Assembly (NCBI GenBank): GCA_023334545.1
Contig: JAADVB010000086.1
Span: 2,643-66,642 of the forward strand
DNA from: Salisapilia sapeloensis CBS 127946
Lineage: Eukaryota; Protista; Oomycota
Direction of reading: 5' to 3'
DNA length: 64,000 bases
Below, piece by piece: positions 1 to 11,272 of this stretch (positions within the stretch are counted from its first letter, which is position 1; every line of letters begins with the position of its first letter). The position numbers and the translations under genes were made by a program. The notes under the pieces are model-generated. The model saw only the letters and a program-made list of their open reading frames with translations, did no database searches and was not told where the DNA came from.

Positions 1-1881
1 CGGCGTGCCATCCTCCTGCATCCGCACGCTCGCGAACGGCGCTTCCTCCGTGTCGATCTCGGATAAGACGATGCCGAGGGAGTAGACGTCTGCTCGTTCC
101 GAGTACTTTTTTCCGAGCACGATCTCTGGCGCCGTCCATAGCAACGTTCCGACGCCGGACGTCATGGTCTCATTGAGCTTCGTCTTTCGACTGACGCCAA
201 AATCTGTCAGCTTGGCTCTCATGTTTTTATTCAAGAGGACGTTCTTGCTCTTAATGTCTCGATGGACGACGACTGGACGCATGCAGTGGAGGTAGACGAG
301 GCCTTCTGCAATGTCCATGGCGATGCTCAACTTCTCCTTTGGCCAGGTGAATTGGTTCTTGTGTTTATTCAGAACGACATCCAAGTCGCCTGCTTCCATG
401 TACTCGACGACGACACAGAGGTCTTTCATAAAGTTCCAGCTGAGACCGATGAACGACACGATGTTCGGGTGGTGGAGAGCTGCTACGAGTCGAATTTCGC
501 CTGTGAACTGTTCTAGCGCGACCGTCTGCATGGCTTTTTCAGGCAAAAGTTTCTTTATCGCGACGTACTTTGTCTCGAACTGTCCTAACCAGACTTCTCC
601 ATACGCACCTTTGGACAAGAGACGCAGGAAGGTGATATCTTGATACGAAATCAGTTTCTTCCGGACACTCGAGTCCGAGACGAACGTCTTGAGCGTCTCG
701 GATTCGCTACAGTACTCTTCCACGGTCTTGGCGCCGCCACTCGACGTCTGCTTGGGTCGAGACTTGCGAGTCGTGACCATCGAGGAAGAGCCTTTCGGAC
801 GAACGGGCTCTTGACGCGTCGTTCGAACGACTGGATTGGAACGAGGTGCGTCCTGCTTTTCCCTCGCGACGCTCTCATCTAGATGGTACGAAGAGACTTG
901 TCGGTCGGACGATAGAGACTCCCGACGTTGTCGCTGTCGAGCTTGGGACTCCATGATTGTGGGACCGAAAGGACCTCCAAGAGCCGGTGACTTGTCGTTC
1001 CGCTTCTTCCGACGGAGCCACCAGAAGACAATGCAACCAGCGACGACGACTGCTGCTCCGACGACGATGATGATGATCACCCACGTCTTGAGACCGCCGC
1101 TCTGCTGTGCACTCGTCTCTGCTGCTAGGAGCTTAGATACGTCCATCGGGGTAGGACGGCAGAAGGAGGCTTTGGACGAAATGCTGGACTCTAGGAGACA
1201 AGGGATGGTCGTATCTGGTTCATCTGGACAGGACGATGCGTCTGATTCTTCGAATTGGATCGACATGACAGTCATGCTGCTCGATCCGACTGTGATCGTG
1301 TTCCGATAGACCTGTGGGTAGACCATGCCAGAGGCATTTGCGTCAGACCAGATGGGCCCACGCGAAGTCTCGAATTCACTCGTAGACTGGCCGTTGGGAG
1401 CAGTCATGATGTCTCCGACGGCACAAGTGAAGGTGGACGGAAGTCTGGAGGAACAATCCTTGTTGGTCGAGATATGAAACCCATCGCACTCTTCCACCTC
1501 GCAGCTTTTATTGAAAGAGGCGCTGGAGAGAGCGATCGTGTCCATGGAAGCACCCTTGGTGTCGATTCGATCGACATTCTTCTCACAAGCTGTGTACACG
1601 GGAGCGATGTGATTATAGTCCGAGTCACCTACGAGGACGTAGCCATAGGCCCATAGCAGTCCGACACGAGCTTCATCGGAAAGCGAAGTCCAATTTTTAT
1701 TCTGTTTTGATAAGTACTTGTTAATGTCCACCGGCACGCCCGTGTTCACATTGGACATGTCGCTCACATCCCCATCCAATAGGACCTCGGTGATCCGAGA
1801 GACGACGTTGGCGTCACCTGCTACGAGAGCGAGTATGCAAGCAGTCCAGAGTATCACACTGGGGGTACATCGGTGCTCCAT
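1..1881 (-). CDS. Receptor-like TKL protein kinase (signal peptide, ectodomain, single TM, kinase); 3' end runs off the window
   Basis: Read manually because the ORF track misses it (no stop in the window). ATG at 1881 gives MEHRCTPSVILWTACILALVAG (signal peptide-like). TM segment WVIIIIVVGAAVVVAGCIVFWW lies near 1020-1085. Kinase motifs VHRDIKSKNVLL, LTDFGVS, GTLLWTAPE and DVYSLGIVL are in the same frame. Confidence 0.9.
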   Translation of the reverse strand, partial: MEHRCTPSVILWTACILALVAGDANVVSRITEVLLDGDVSDMSNVNTGVPVDINKYLSKQNKNWTSLSDEARVGLLWAYGYVLVGDSDYNHIAPVYTACEKNVDRIDTKGASMDTIALSSASFNKSCEVEECDGFHISTNKDCSSRLPSTFTCAVGDIMTAPNGQSTSEFETSRGPIWSDANASGMVYPQVYRNTITVGSSSMTVMSIQFEESDASSCPDEPDTTIPCLLESSISSKASFCRPTPMDVSKLLAAETSAQQSGGLKTWVIIIIVVGAAVVVAGCIVFWWLRRKKRNDKSPALGGPFGPTIMESQARQRQRRESLSSDRQVSSYHLDESVAREKQDAPRSNPVVRTTRQEPVRPKGSSSMVTTRKSRPKQTSSGGAKTVEEYCSESETLKTFVSDSSVRKKLISYQDITFLRLLSKGAYGEVWLGQFETKYVAIKKLLPEKAMQTVALEQFTGEIRLVAALHHPNIVSFIGLSWNFMKDLCVVVEYMEAGDLDVVLNKHKNQFTWPKEKLSIAMDIAEGLVYLHCMRPVVVHRDIKSKNVLLNKNMRAKLTDFGVSRKTKLNETMTSGVGTLLWTAPEIVLGKKYSERADVYSLGIVLSEIDTEEAPFASVRMQEDGTP

Positions 1882-3889
1882 CGAGGAAGGGTGGAAATGG
1901 AGTGCTAGCACCTGCTACTGGCCAAGTCGGTCTTAAGCTGACTCGCATAGTCGAGACAAGTATCTGGTATAACAAAAGAGGACCCATCCACGGGATTTGA
2001 CAAGATGGGAGGCCAGACACGAAGTGGATGCAAATCAGGACCCAAATTACCACAAGGGGCGGTGTTCGACGAAGTCGATGACGGTGGATGACTAGGCCAG
2101 GTCGAGCTGATACCTGTAGATTGTTGAAGACGAAAGGCGTTTGTACCCGTACCTACTTGATGCAAGGTGAGGTTGCTAAAGCAGAATATTTGCGTTCGTG
2201 TCAGTGTTCGTTCGAACGAATGTGTATCTGCCTTGGAGAAAGGATACTTGCGTGTGTGAGCAGAAGAGAAGCTCTGTAGATTTAAAGACGGTAGATAAAG
2301 GCTCATAACGACGCGCATCTCCTAATTCTATGGCATGCGCTTGTTCGTCGTTTGACGTGAGCTGAAAGGAATTGATTGACTAAAAAATAGAAGTCTTCAA
2401 TTATCTTCCTTTGCACAATCTGCAGGCGTCATAGCAACAAACGTATAGAGCCTCCAGACATTTGGTCATCTTAAGCCGCAGCCCCTTCTGCGACTGCTCT
2501 TCAATCGCACCAGTGTAGACTCATGCTTTCAGGCAGCTAGACTCTCCGTTCTAGCACATAGACATATATTAGTCAGTTTGGATTAATAGGAAATGTCGAG
2601 TGATTACGCCATGTGATGGGCTCAAATTATTACGACGTCGTGATGACTGCCAAGATCGAGTGGAAATGTACGACCGGATCCAAAGAAGCAAATTCTTCTA
2701 TGTTAGCAAATCTTGTCATCGAACTGCTTCGCACGTTGCTCTTTTACCCAAGATCTAAAGACTGCTCACTTGTGTCCACGCAGAAGAGATACATAGGTTG
2801 ACACTATTCGCGTTATGACCGCTGCCATTTCACCGATATAGAGTATCATCTTGGAAAACAATCTCTCCACCAAACTCCATGACACTAACTAGTACACCAG
2901 CAGTAGGTTGCACTCCTTCCAGACATTCTATCCGCTTTGGACGAGCTACTCCTTGACTCACACTTGATCCACAAAGGCTCCAATACCAGTAACCTGGCAT
3001 TGATAACGCTTCGACCGCTCTCTTTCTTTGTTCTTCACCCATTTTGACTAAATCTTGCAAAAGCACCTCCGCCTTTGGCATGTACGGAAAAAGATGTGCA
3101 CTTGACTGGAATAAGATCAAAGTGGACACGTCATGTAGGGTTCGGACTGATGTGGTTCAAATCGGCCAGACAGGATAGACGCGATCAGACTGGCAACAGA
3201 TACGGTAGTCAAGTTTCTAGGAAGAGAATGTGCTACTAGAGCTAGGATTCTCGTATAAAAAAGTAATTGATAAGATAGCATTTGGAGGAGCTGACTCGCC
3301 AAGTATCATATTGAAAAGACAAGACTGGAAATCTGGTACTTATGACTCGTTCCTAGGCTTAAAAGTCGGCGAGCTCAGAAGTTTAGAATAAGCGACTCGG
3401 TCGGTTGAAAACGCGTCCTAGGGTTGGATGCTACTTGTGACTACAACACCAACAAGTACCACACATGACGTGAAGCAACGTGTGATCTAGAGAGGGTACA
3501 AAGATGGTGTCGGTTCGCTAGCAGGATAGGAGGATTCAACGTCAACAAGCGTGCATTTGAGAGTCAGAGAAGCTGCCAAGCGAATCCAGTATGAGGTGAA
3601 AGGACAACTGTTCCTTAGGAGTAAGCAATAAGGATCAAAGCGAAAAGATACAAAGTAGTGGTAAAATGAACTTTTGCTTGTATAAGTAGTCCATCCCATC
3701 CCACGTATAAAGAAGTATCCTACTTGAGCCCCTTTGTCGGCTACTTTTTATTGAAGTTACGTCGATTGTACCTAGCTCCAGTCGATCAAGAATCCTAGAC
3801 CGAGGTTTAGAGCTAGAGTCGAGGCTACTTAACTATGAAAGCCGCTAAGAGATGCTCAAAGTAGACTATGCAAGCGTTCTTGGATTTGA

Positions 3890-5094
3890 TTAGATCTCGT
3901 GCTCTTGCTGTCGCTCCATCTCTTCCTTGGCCGACATGGGCGTCGGTCGCATGGCTCTGGCCTTGGCCAATCGTTCCGCCAGCACATCATTCTCGCTTTG
4001 TCCTGCAGCACCCCCGCCGACTCCATGGCGAACCGAGACATGGGCACACCTGCCTGCAAACTCCATCAGTGCCTTGGACAATTGGTCCGGTGTGTCTTCC
4101 TGGATGGCATGGCCACACCCGTAGAGCAGTCGCAGCTCAAACTTGCCCATCATCTGACCTCTCGTGAGTGGCGTGTCGAGTCGGTCGGACCCCGCGAGCA
4201 CCAGGATCTTGGCTCCTGGCAGCGCTAAGAATGCTTCCGATAGACCTTGGAACCAGTCTCGCCAGTACTTGGCGCTGCGACTGAGGTTGGTGCGCCAGAC
4301 GAGAGACCCGTCATCGGCTTTTTGGAGCTGGGAAGGAGTGGATACGGCGGCAGCGACGCCGTTGCGACAGGTGCCAGAGTGGACACTCCAGTCGACGGCA
4401 GCTTGGTAGGATGGGAAGCTCCTAGGTCGCTTCGACAGCACTGTATCCATGTGTTGGAGAGAGGCCATGGCCGTGCCTTCCACGACGTCGACGACCATGG
4501 TGCCTACGATAGACGGGATGCGTTTGGATTCGCACACCCTGACAGCGACAGCTCCACCCATGCTATGTCCAGCGACGATAGTCTGAGGCTGTGAGTCGTC
4601 ATCAGCGGGAATCAGTTCGTTCGCTACGAGCACGACGTCGTCTACCATCCTGTTCATGGATAGATCTGCGTCATCTGAAGTGGTGGTACCGCCTGATTCA
4701 AAGCGTTATAGAGATAGAGACGTAGGAGAGTAAGGATAGACGTACCATGGCCTCGAAAGTCGATGGCATGGACGACGAAATGCTTTCTTAATTCCGCCTA
4801 TAATACTTCCTATTGGCTCCGCATTCTTGTGTATAGGATCGAACAAGAAGATTACCGCCACGAGACTCCATGTCATGGACGTGTATCCAGCGCCATGCAG
4901 CAATACAAGGTGTGGTCCATGATCTCCAGCTCGATACGTCCGAAAGATCTAGGATATCCCATATCGTCATCTTCGGAGCTCATTGCACGTATAAAGGTAC
5001 AAAGTCGAGGTACATCTCCATTGTCGAGCGTCACATCTACAATTTCGTCGAAGTAGTGTCTCCAGACCGTGTCGACATCGGCGTACTCGGCCAT
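3890..5094 (-). CDS. PPME1: Protein phosphatase methylesterase 1 (alpha/beta hydrolase), 4 exons
   Basis: Spliced translation MAEYADVDTVWRHYFDE...HLVLLHGAGYTSMTWSLVA|AELRKHFVVHAIDFRGHG|...VAGHSMGGAVAVR...LVVDVVEGTA-type motif...GQMMGKF...GCGHAIQED. Short GT-AG introns join the pieces in frame. Confidence 0.92.
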
Positions 5095-5187
5095 CTTGGA
5101 CTCGATGCTTCCTGCGTTATACGATGCCACTGATAAAATACAAACTGCCATCCTAAATTCCGTCGCCAGCAAAGCGAAAGGAGCAGC

Positions 5188-8100
5188 ATGGCGACCTTGA
5201 CGGACGCTCTGTTGCGCCAGTGGAGCTCCACGGGGAGCACTAGCGTGTACATTTCGTTTATACAAGTAGAGGAGAGATGGGAGAGAGAACTTATGCTGTT
5301 TTTGAATCGGATAGGCGGACGGCTTTGACGAAAGCGGTGGGGAAATCCAAAGGCGCGTTGAATGCGACGCAGGTCTCGGATACCAAGGGTGCGTACTGCC
5401 ATAGTTGGTTTAAAGTGGAAGGGGTGGTAGCTGAGGTGTGTATATAGAACTGTATGGACTGCTGTATGAACTCGTGTGGGCAGTCGCAAAGGACAAGCTG
5501 GCCAAGCGGGATATGCTGGCGCTCTTTAAGGACTTGGACATGGTAGCACAGACTCTAGGATAGTATATAAAGTGGATAGAGTGCTCATATCGTGTCTTGG
5601 GTATGCTAGAAAGGGAATGCAGCAGCGAGTGAAGTGTTCGCGGACCTCTTGTGGACCATCGGTGCGTCTCTTTCTCCTCCTCGTGGCCACTGCGTTGTAA
5701 CTATTCTACGTAGGGAACGAGATCGAGTTGCGTCATGGCAAGTCGTATCAGTCGACAGTAGAGTGGCAGCACCTCAGTCGTCTCGTCAAGAGTCTCGCGG
5801 ATGAACACATCGTGCCTTTAATGCAGCTCAAGATGACGCTGGAATTCGATCTTTTGCATGAAGCTGGTCTAACGGAAGACTCACAGAAGATCCGTAAGAA
5901 GCTCATTCGTATCAACACCAAGACGTTTTATACGCAAGTCAAATACAATCTCCTTCGGGAAGAGAGTGAAGGGTTTGCCAAGGTCCTCGGGCTCTTGCAT
6001 CGAGGCATTTCGAACGACGTGCTCGAGTCGAGTAAAGCAGACTTGCTGTCTCTCATCGGGTACTTTAATCTAGATGCGAATCGCGTCTTGGACCTTGTGC
6101 TCGACGCGTATGAGTCCGATCCGCGCAATGACTGTTTCCTCGACCTCCTCTCGACGTTCAAGCAAGCGAGTATCCCTCACGTCCTCGGTTTCAAGTTCCA
6201 ATTCTACGCGAGACACGAAGAGGAGGACGCCAAGGAGACACCTGCGAGTCTCTGTCGTCTCGCAGCGGCCATGGTCCAGCACCAGGTGATCACGTTAGAT
6301 TCGTTACTGCCGCATCTCTCTCCGTCGAAGGCGAGTGTGATTTCAAAGGCCAAGGAAGAGCAGGAGAAGCTCGAGAAGAAGGCCAAGTCCTTTGGCAAGG
6401 TCAACCTCGGAGCGAAGCCTTCGGACGAGAAGGAAGAAGTCGAGGAAGACAAGGAGCCTTGGAACCAGATCTATGGTCTCATGCGAGGCTTGTTGGAGAT
6501 TGGCGCGACGGACGTTGCTTTTCGTATGATGGACGAGTTCCGGAAGGAAGGCGTGGATCCACTCGGTCATCCGCAGCTATCCCATCAGCTCTGTCATCTT
6601 GTCCACTCGCAAGTGTATGAACTATGCCAAGACCTAGTCTATCGAGACACGCCGCTCTTGCCGACGAAGCAGAAGGGGACGTTCATCTCGCTCGAACCTA
6701 GTTTCACGCCATCTCCGTTCGTCACGCCGTTAAAGACGTATGAAGAGGTGGTGGAACAAGTCTACCCGACGCTCGAGATGCTTTCGTCTGAATTACATCG
6801 AGACCAGCTGCTCTTGACGCAATTGCTTCGTCTGACGAAAGCGATACTGGCGTCTGGTAACGACCAAGTGGCTGACAAGACCAAGCGCGTCGTGTCTCGC
6901 TGCTTCCTCCCGTCTCTTTCTCGCCAGGCCTGCAACCCGAGCACCGCCTTCTTCCTCTGGGACGTCGTCAAGCCTCTCACGTTCGAAGACAGATACCGTC
7001 TGTATCAGCAGTGGGAAGCTTCGTACGCGCTCTCTCCGTCTATGCAGCTTGTCGAGGCGCAGACCGTCCAGAGCACACGCAAAGTCATGCGTCGACTGAC
7101 GGCCGACCGCGCGAAGCAGTCTGCTCGGAGTCTCACGCACGCAGGCCACTCGAATCCGCTCGTGGTCTTCCGAACGATGCTCCGGCAGATCCAGTCGTAC
7201 GATAACTTGATCCAGCCCGTCGTCGAGAGTTTCAAGTTCATGACGTCCTTGGCGATGGACGTGCTGTCCTTTTGCCTCGTGAGCGAGCTGAGCAAGTCGC
7301 AGCAGTCCATGAAAGCCGACGGGACCAACGTCTCGTTGTGGCTCACGTCTCTCGCGAACTTTGCCGGTAGCTTCTACCGCAAGTACCCGACTGTCGAGCT
7401 CTCGGGTCTGCTCCAGTACCTCTTGCAGCGTCTTCGGAACTGGCAATCCGTCGACCTCGTCGTCTTGAGCGAACTCCTGAGTAAGATGGGGTCCTGCGTC
7501 AGCTTCGAAGACATCTCGTGGAACCAACTAGAGGCGCAGGCCGGTGGACCGCATCTCTGGCACGAGCCGTCGGACCCCAAGGTCCTGAATCGACGCGCAG
7601 TGCCGCGACTGCGAGACGCGCTGGTGAAGCGGCAGATGGCTCTCCCGCTCTGCCTGCTCATGTGCCAGATGCGGTCGAAGATCGAGTTTGACGACGACCC
7701 GTCGACCAAGCACCTCAAGCTCGTCGGACGCTTGTACGACACGTGTCAGATGACGTTGAGTCAGTTGCTCGACTTCCTCTACGGCGTCGTGGATCCAGAC
7801 GTCTACATGCGGATGCTCCCGTCCGTCTCGAGTCTCATGCACGAGTACCACATCTCTCCGGAGTTGGTCATGACGCTCTGTCGTCCGGCCATCCGCTTCG
7901 ACGACCCGCTGTTGAAGACGACGCCACGTAGTGTCCATGCGATCGGAGGCGGGAGTCGAGCTGATGATGCAGATCGGAAGGCATGGAGCATGACGTCTAA
8001 AGAGCTCGAAGAAGACGTGTCATCTGCTCTGCAAGGCCAGGTGGAAGGTCTGACGACGCGTCTGTATTTGACGTTCTGGAGCTTGATTCTGTATGACCTG

Positions 8101-9549
8101 CATGTGCCTTTTCAGCAATACGACGTTGAGATCCAGCGTCTTCGAGCGTCTAGTCATGGCTCTGCAAGTGACGTGAAGAAGAGCAAGGAGAAGGCTTCGC
8201 AGCGTATGGAGAAGCTGACGAATGAGCAGAAGGACCAAGTGGCGCATCGGAAGCGCGTGATCGAGCGTCTGGAAGCGGAGAAAGCGCTCTTGTTCCGTCC
8301 GGAAGACTATGTGAAGAGCGAGACGAGTGTGCATGACTTGCTCCAGAGGTGTGTCATCCCGCGAGCGCTCTTGTCTCCTGAAGACGCACTGTTCTGCGCC
8401 AAGTTCGTTGATAAGCTGCATGCCGTGAGCACACCTGCGTTCAGTACGTTGCAGTACTATCACAAGTTGATGGAGAAGCTCCCGACGTGCGTCTTGTGCG
8501 TGACGGAGCGAGAGGCGGGGAACTTTGGCGTCTTCCTCAAGGAGACCATGGGCGTCTTGCTTGGCTGGTATGAGAGTCTAGGTGTGTATCAGACGGAAGC
8601 GTTGGAAGGCAAGGTTGGGTTCTCGCTAGACCTTGTGAACCCAGACTCCAAGATGACGCACGGGCAGTACAAGCGCATGTACGCCAAGTGGCACCAGACG
8701 ATGACGACGGTGTACATGACGACGCTGGGTGGGAAGGCGTACATGCCAGTGCGCAACTCTTTGGTCGTCCTGACGAAACTCATTGACGTCTTTCCGTCGT
8801 GTCGCGTGACGGCGGCGTATCTCTTGGAGATCGTCGAGGAGCTGACGAAAGAAGAGCGGGAGGATCTCAAGATCATGGCCAAGAGGTACTTTGCGCTCTT
8901 GACGAAGCGCAAGGCGTCTCTGTCGGAAGATCGATTGTTGTCGCAGAACCTGACGCCGAAAGAAGACGCCAAGGAGGAGAAGGAGATGGAGGCGGGGGAA
9001 GTGGACAAGGAGGAGGAGAGCGAGCGGCGAAGGAGGAGGAGTAGTGAGCGGCAGGACGATCGACGTCGGCGAGAGAATCGGACGAGTCGGACGGACGACG
9101 AAGGAAAGAGTACGTGGCAGGAGCAGGACGAGCGGAAGAGACAGAGGTTTGATCAGACGGAAGCGGCGTTGCGTCGGCAGCTGACGGAGCAGAAGGAGCA
9201 GGAGAAGAAGCCGGAGGGTCAGGAGAAGAAAAAGGTCGTCTCGTTGAATCGGAAGCGAGGGCGGGAGCAGACGCAGGAGGAGGAGTCTGCGCCTGGGATC
9301 CTGTCCGGAGCCGACCATCCCGACGGCAAGCGACGTCGAGAGAATCGACCGGATAGTGGCGAGAAGCGTCCAGACGACAAGAAGCGCGGTCGGAACCGAG
9401 GTCGCAACGACACCAACCAAGGGAGTAACCAGAACAGTCGCGACCAAGGAGGTCGTGTGCGTCCGAATCGGAATAATGGACAGGAGCACTATGGAAGTGA
9501 CCGAGGCGGACGTCGAGACAACACGAGTCGTCGGAATCAGCGCAGATAA
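5188..9549 (+). CDS. THOC2: THO complex subunit 2 (TREX mRNA export), with short 5' exons upstream of the long ORF
   Basis: 1273-aa ORF with RINTKTFYTQVKYNLLREESEGFAK, SLIGYFNLDANRVLDLVLD and FQYFLQ/YM-RNSLVVL-type Thoc2/Tho2 motifs, plus an R/E-rich tail. Upstream exons read MATLTDALLRQW.., LYGLLYELVWAV.. and FADLLWTIG, joined by GT-AG introns. Confidence 0.93.
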
Positions 9550-9606
9550 GAAAGATAAAGCCTTGGAGCATGCATTTCTTTTTCTTTTTCTTTTTCTTTT
9601 GCAGTT

Positions 9607-10730
9607 CTAGACGTACGAGACGGAGCGAGTACTTGTGTTTCGACTCGTATGCAGTTGGACATCACAGTCCGATGCTTTCTTTATGGAAGAGGACGAGACG
9701 GCGAAGCGTTTGTCTCCGTAGATGAAGACGGAGGCGACGACGAGGACGACGCCGGCGTAAAAGGATAGAGGCGCCTGCTTGTCAAACATATAGTTGGAGA
9801 TGACGCAGCTAAAGACGAGCGAGAAGGACGTGCCAAAATTCTTCACGACATTGTCCGAGTAGCGGACGACGGCGGCGATCGTGAGACCTCCGACGGCTTG
9901 GAGGAAGATGACGGCCCACACAAGCGAGTGGAAGCCGTGGAAGAGACCGTCCGTCCAGATCGTCTCGACGTTCCGGACCATGTCCATGCTCGTGAACAGG
10001 ACCGAGACGGCGGAGAGCTGGAGGTTGCGCGCCCACAGCGGATCGAGCGTCGGTCGCGTCACATACGATTTGTGCGCTTTCATCACGCGCTCAAAGTACG
10101 CGGCGGCAAGGCCGGAGTTGACGGCTAGACCAGTAACGATCGCGATGCCGATCGCTCTCGCACTGACGCTCCGATGGTCCTCCACCTGGTCTTCGGATGC
10201 AGACGGCAGACGAGAGTAGGAGCAGACGGCGACGCCGACCATGAGTGTGCACATGGCTGTCCATTGGACATAGCTGAATTGCCGGTGTAAGAGTACGAAC
10301 ATGAATACAGCAGTGGTGATGATCTTTAGCTGGTATACAATCTGGTACGTCGCGACGTCGACGTAGTCGTAGGCGAAGAGCGCCATAACGTTCTGAAAGG
10401 CATACAGCAGCGCCAGGACCGTGATCTTCCTCAGCCCTTCGAAGTCGGCAAAGATCTCATACTTGAGCGTCCGAATGGCTTGAGGTACTCTCCATCGCTT
10501 TTGCTATAGCATACGAGTGTTATGGAGATTCAAATGTGCAGGAGAAGCTGTCTGGACACCTTGAGTAGGACGAGGAACGAGATGAAGAATTTGAGCGCTT
10601 CCACGAGACACACCGCAGTGGACGGACTGTACTTGGCACTAGATGCGACGCGCGAGTATTTCGATACGATACTCAAGGCCGTGTTCTGCACCACGAGCAT
10701 CAGGAAGCTCGCGTGCTTGACGCTTGGCAT
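9607..10730 (-). CDS. Nucleotide-sugar transporter, SLC35A (UDP-galactose/CMP-sialic acid transporter family), 2 exons
   Basis: LVVQNTAL, VEALKF, YAFQN, TYQIVYQLKIITTAVF, AAAYFE, ARNLQL, GGLTIAAVVRYSDNVVKNF motifs; one short intron near 10505-10560. Confidence 0.9.
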
Positions 10731-11272
10731 GATTCGCTTTTATCTTGCTAAGATGGAAAGCATCTGGATTGGAGGAAAAACGGCGTTCGGACGATATCAT
10801 TGGCGCAAAAACCTAGCATCTTAGACTAGGAGTATGCGACTTTCTCTGTCTAGATTATTTGTACTCTTAAGCTATCGGGTAATGATACAAGGTAATCTCT
10901 CTAGTAGGTGTGCATGTATGTTATCATCGTGTCGCTGTCGAGAGATGGAGGGGAAACGTATATTTATCTGAATGACTAAACCCAACCTCTACCTATTTTT
11001 GCTCCGTCTTTTTACTCGCGTAGTAAGAACGAGAGCTCGAGACAGATAGAGTACCTCGTCGTCCCCTCTATCTCTCTCTCTAGCATCGCTAGCGTCCTGT
11101 ATTTACGCACAAGACTCTTGTCAAATCTACTTGACTAGCTCCTTGTCTTGCTTATTTTTCCTAAAGCTATTCTGTCGTTCGAGTGAGGCTGGTGCATTCC
11201 TCCCTACCGTCGTCCTGTTATTCAGCTTGTTATCGTATGCTCACAGCGTCCATCGGATAGTTACGCAAGATC

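Noticed and set aside
2100-3850. Short minus-strand ORFs (2830-3129, 3117-3302, 3487-3699) as a possible small spliced gene
   Set aside because: I could not build a consistent exon chain or recognise a motif; left unannotated pending RNA-seq.
4873-5489. ORFs 4873-5265 and 5037-5489 as separate genes
   Set aside because: They are explained by the first PME-1 exon read through introns, and by the antisense of the THOC2 5' exons.
6793-9571. Long antisense ORFs over THOC2 (e.g. 6793-7527, 8626-9489, 8873-9571), and similar ones at 11407-12237, 15292-15939 and 43207-43854
   Set aside because: These are shadow frames produced by codon bias and low-complexity charged regions of the real genes; their translations are not protein-like.
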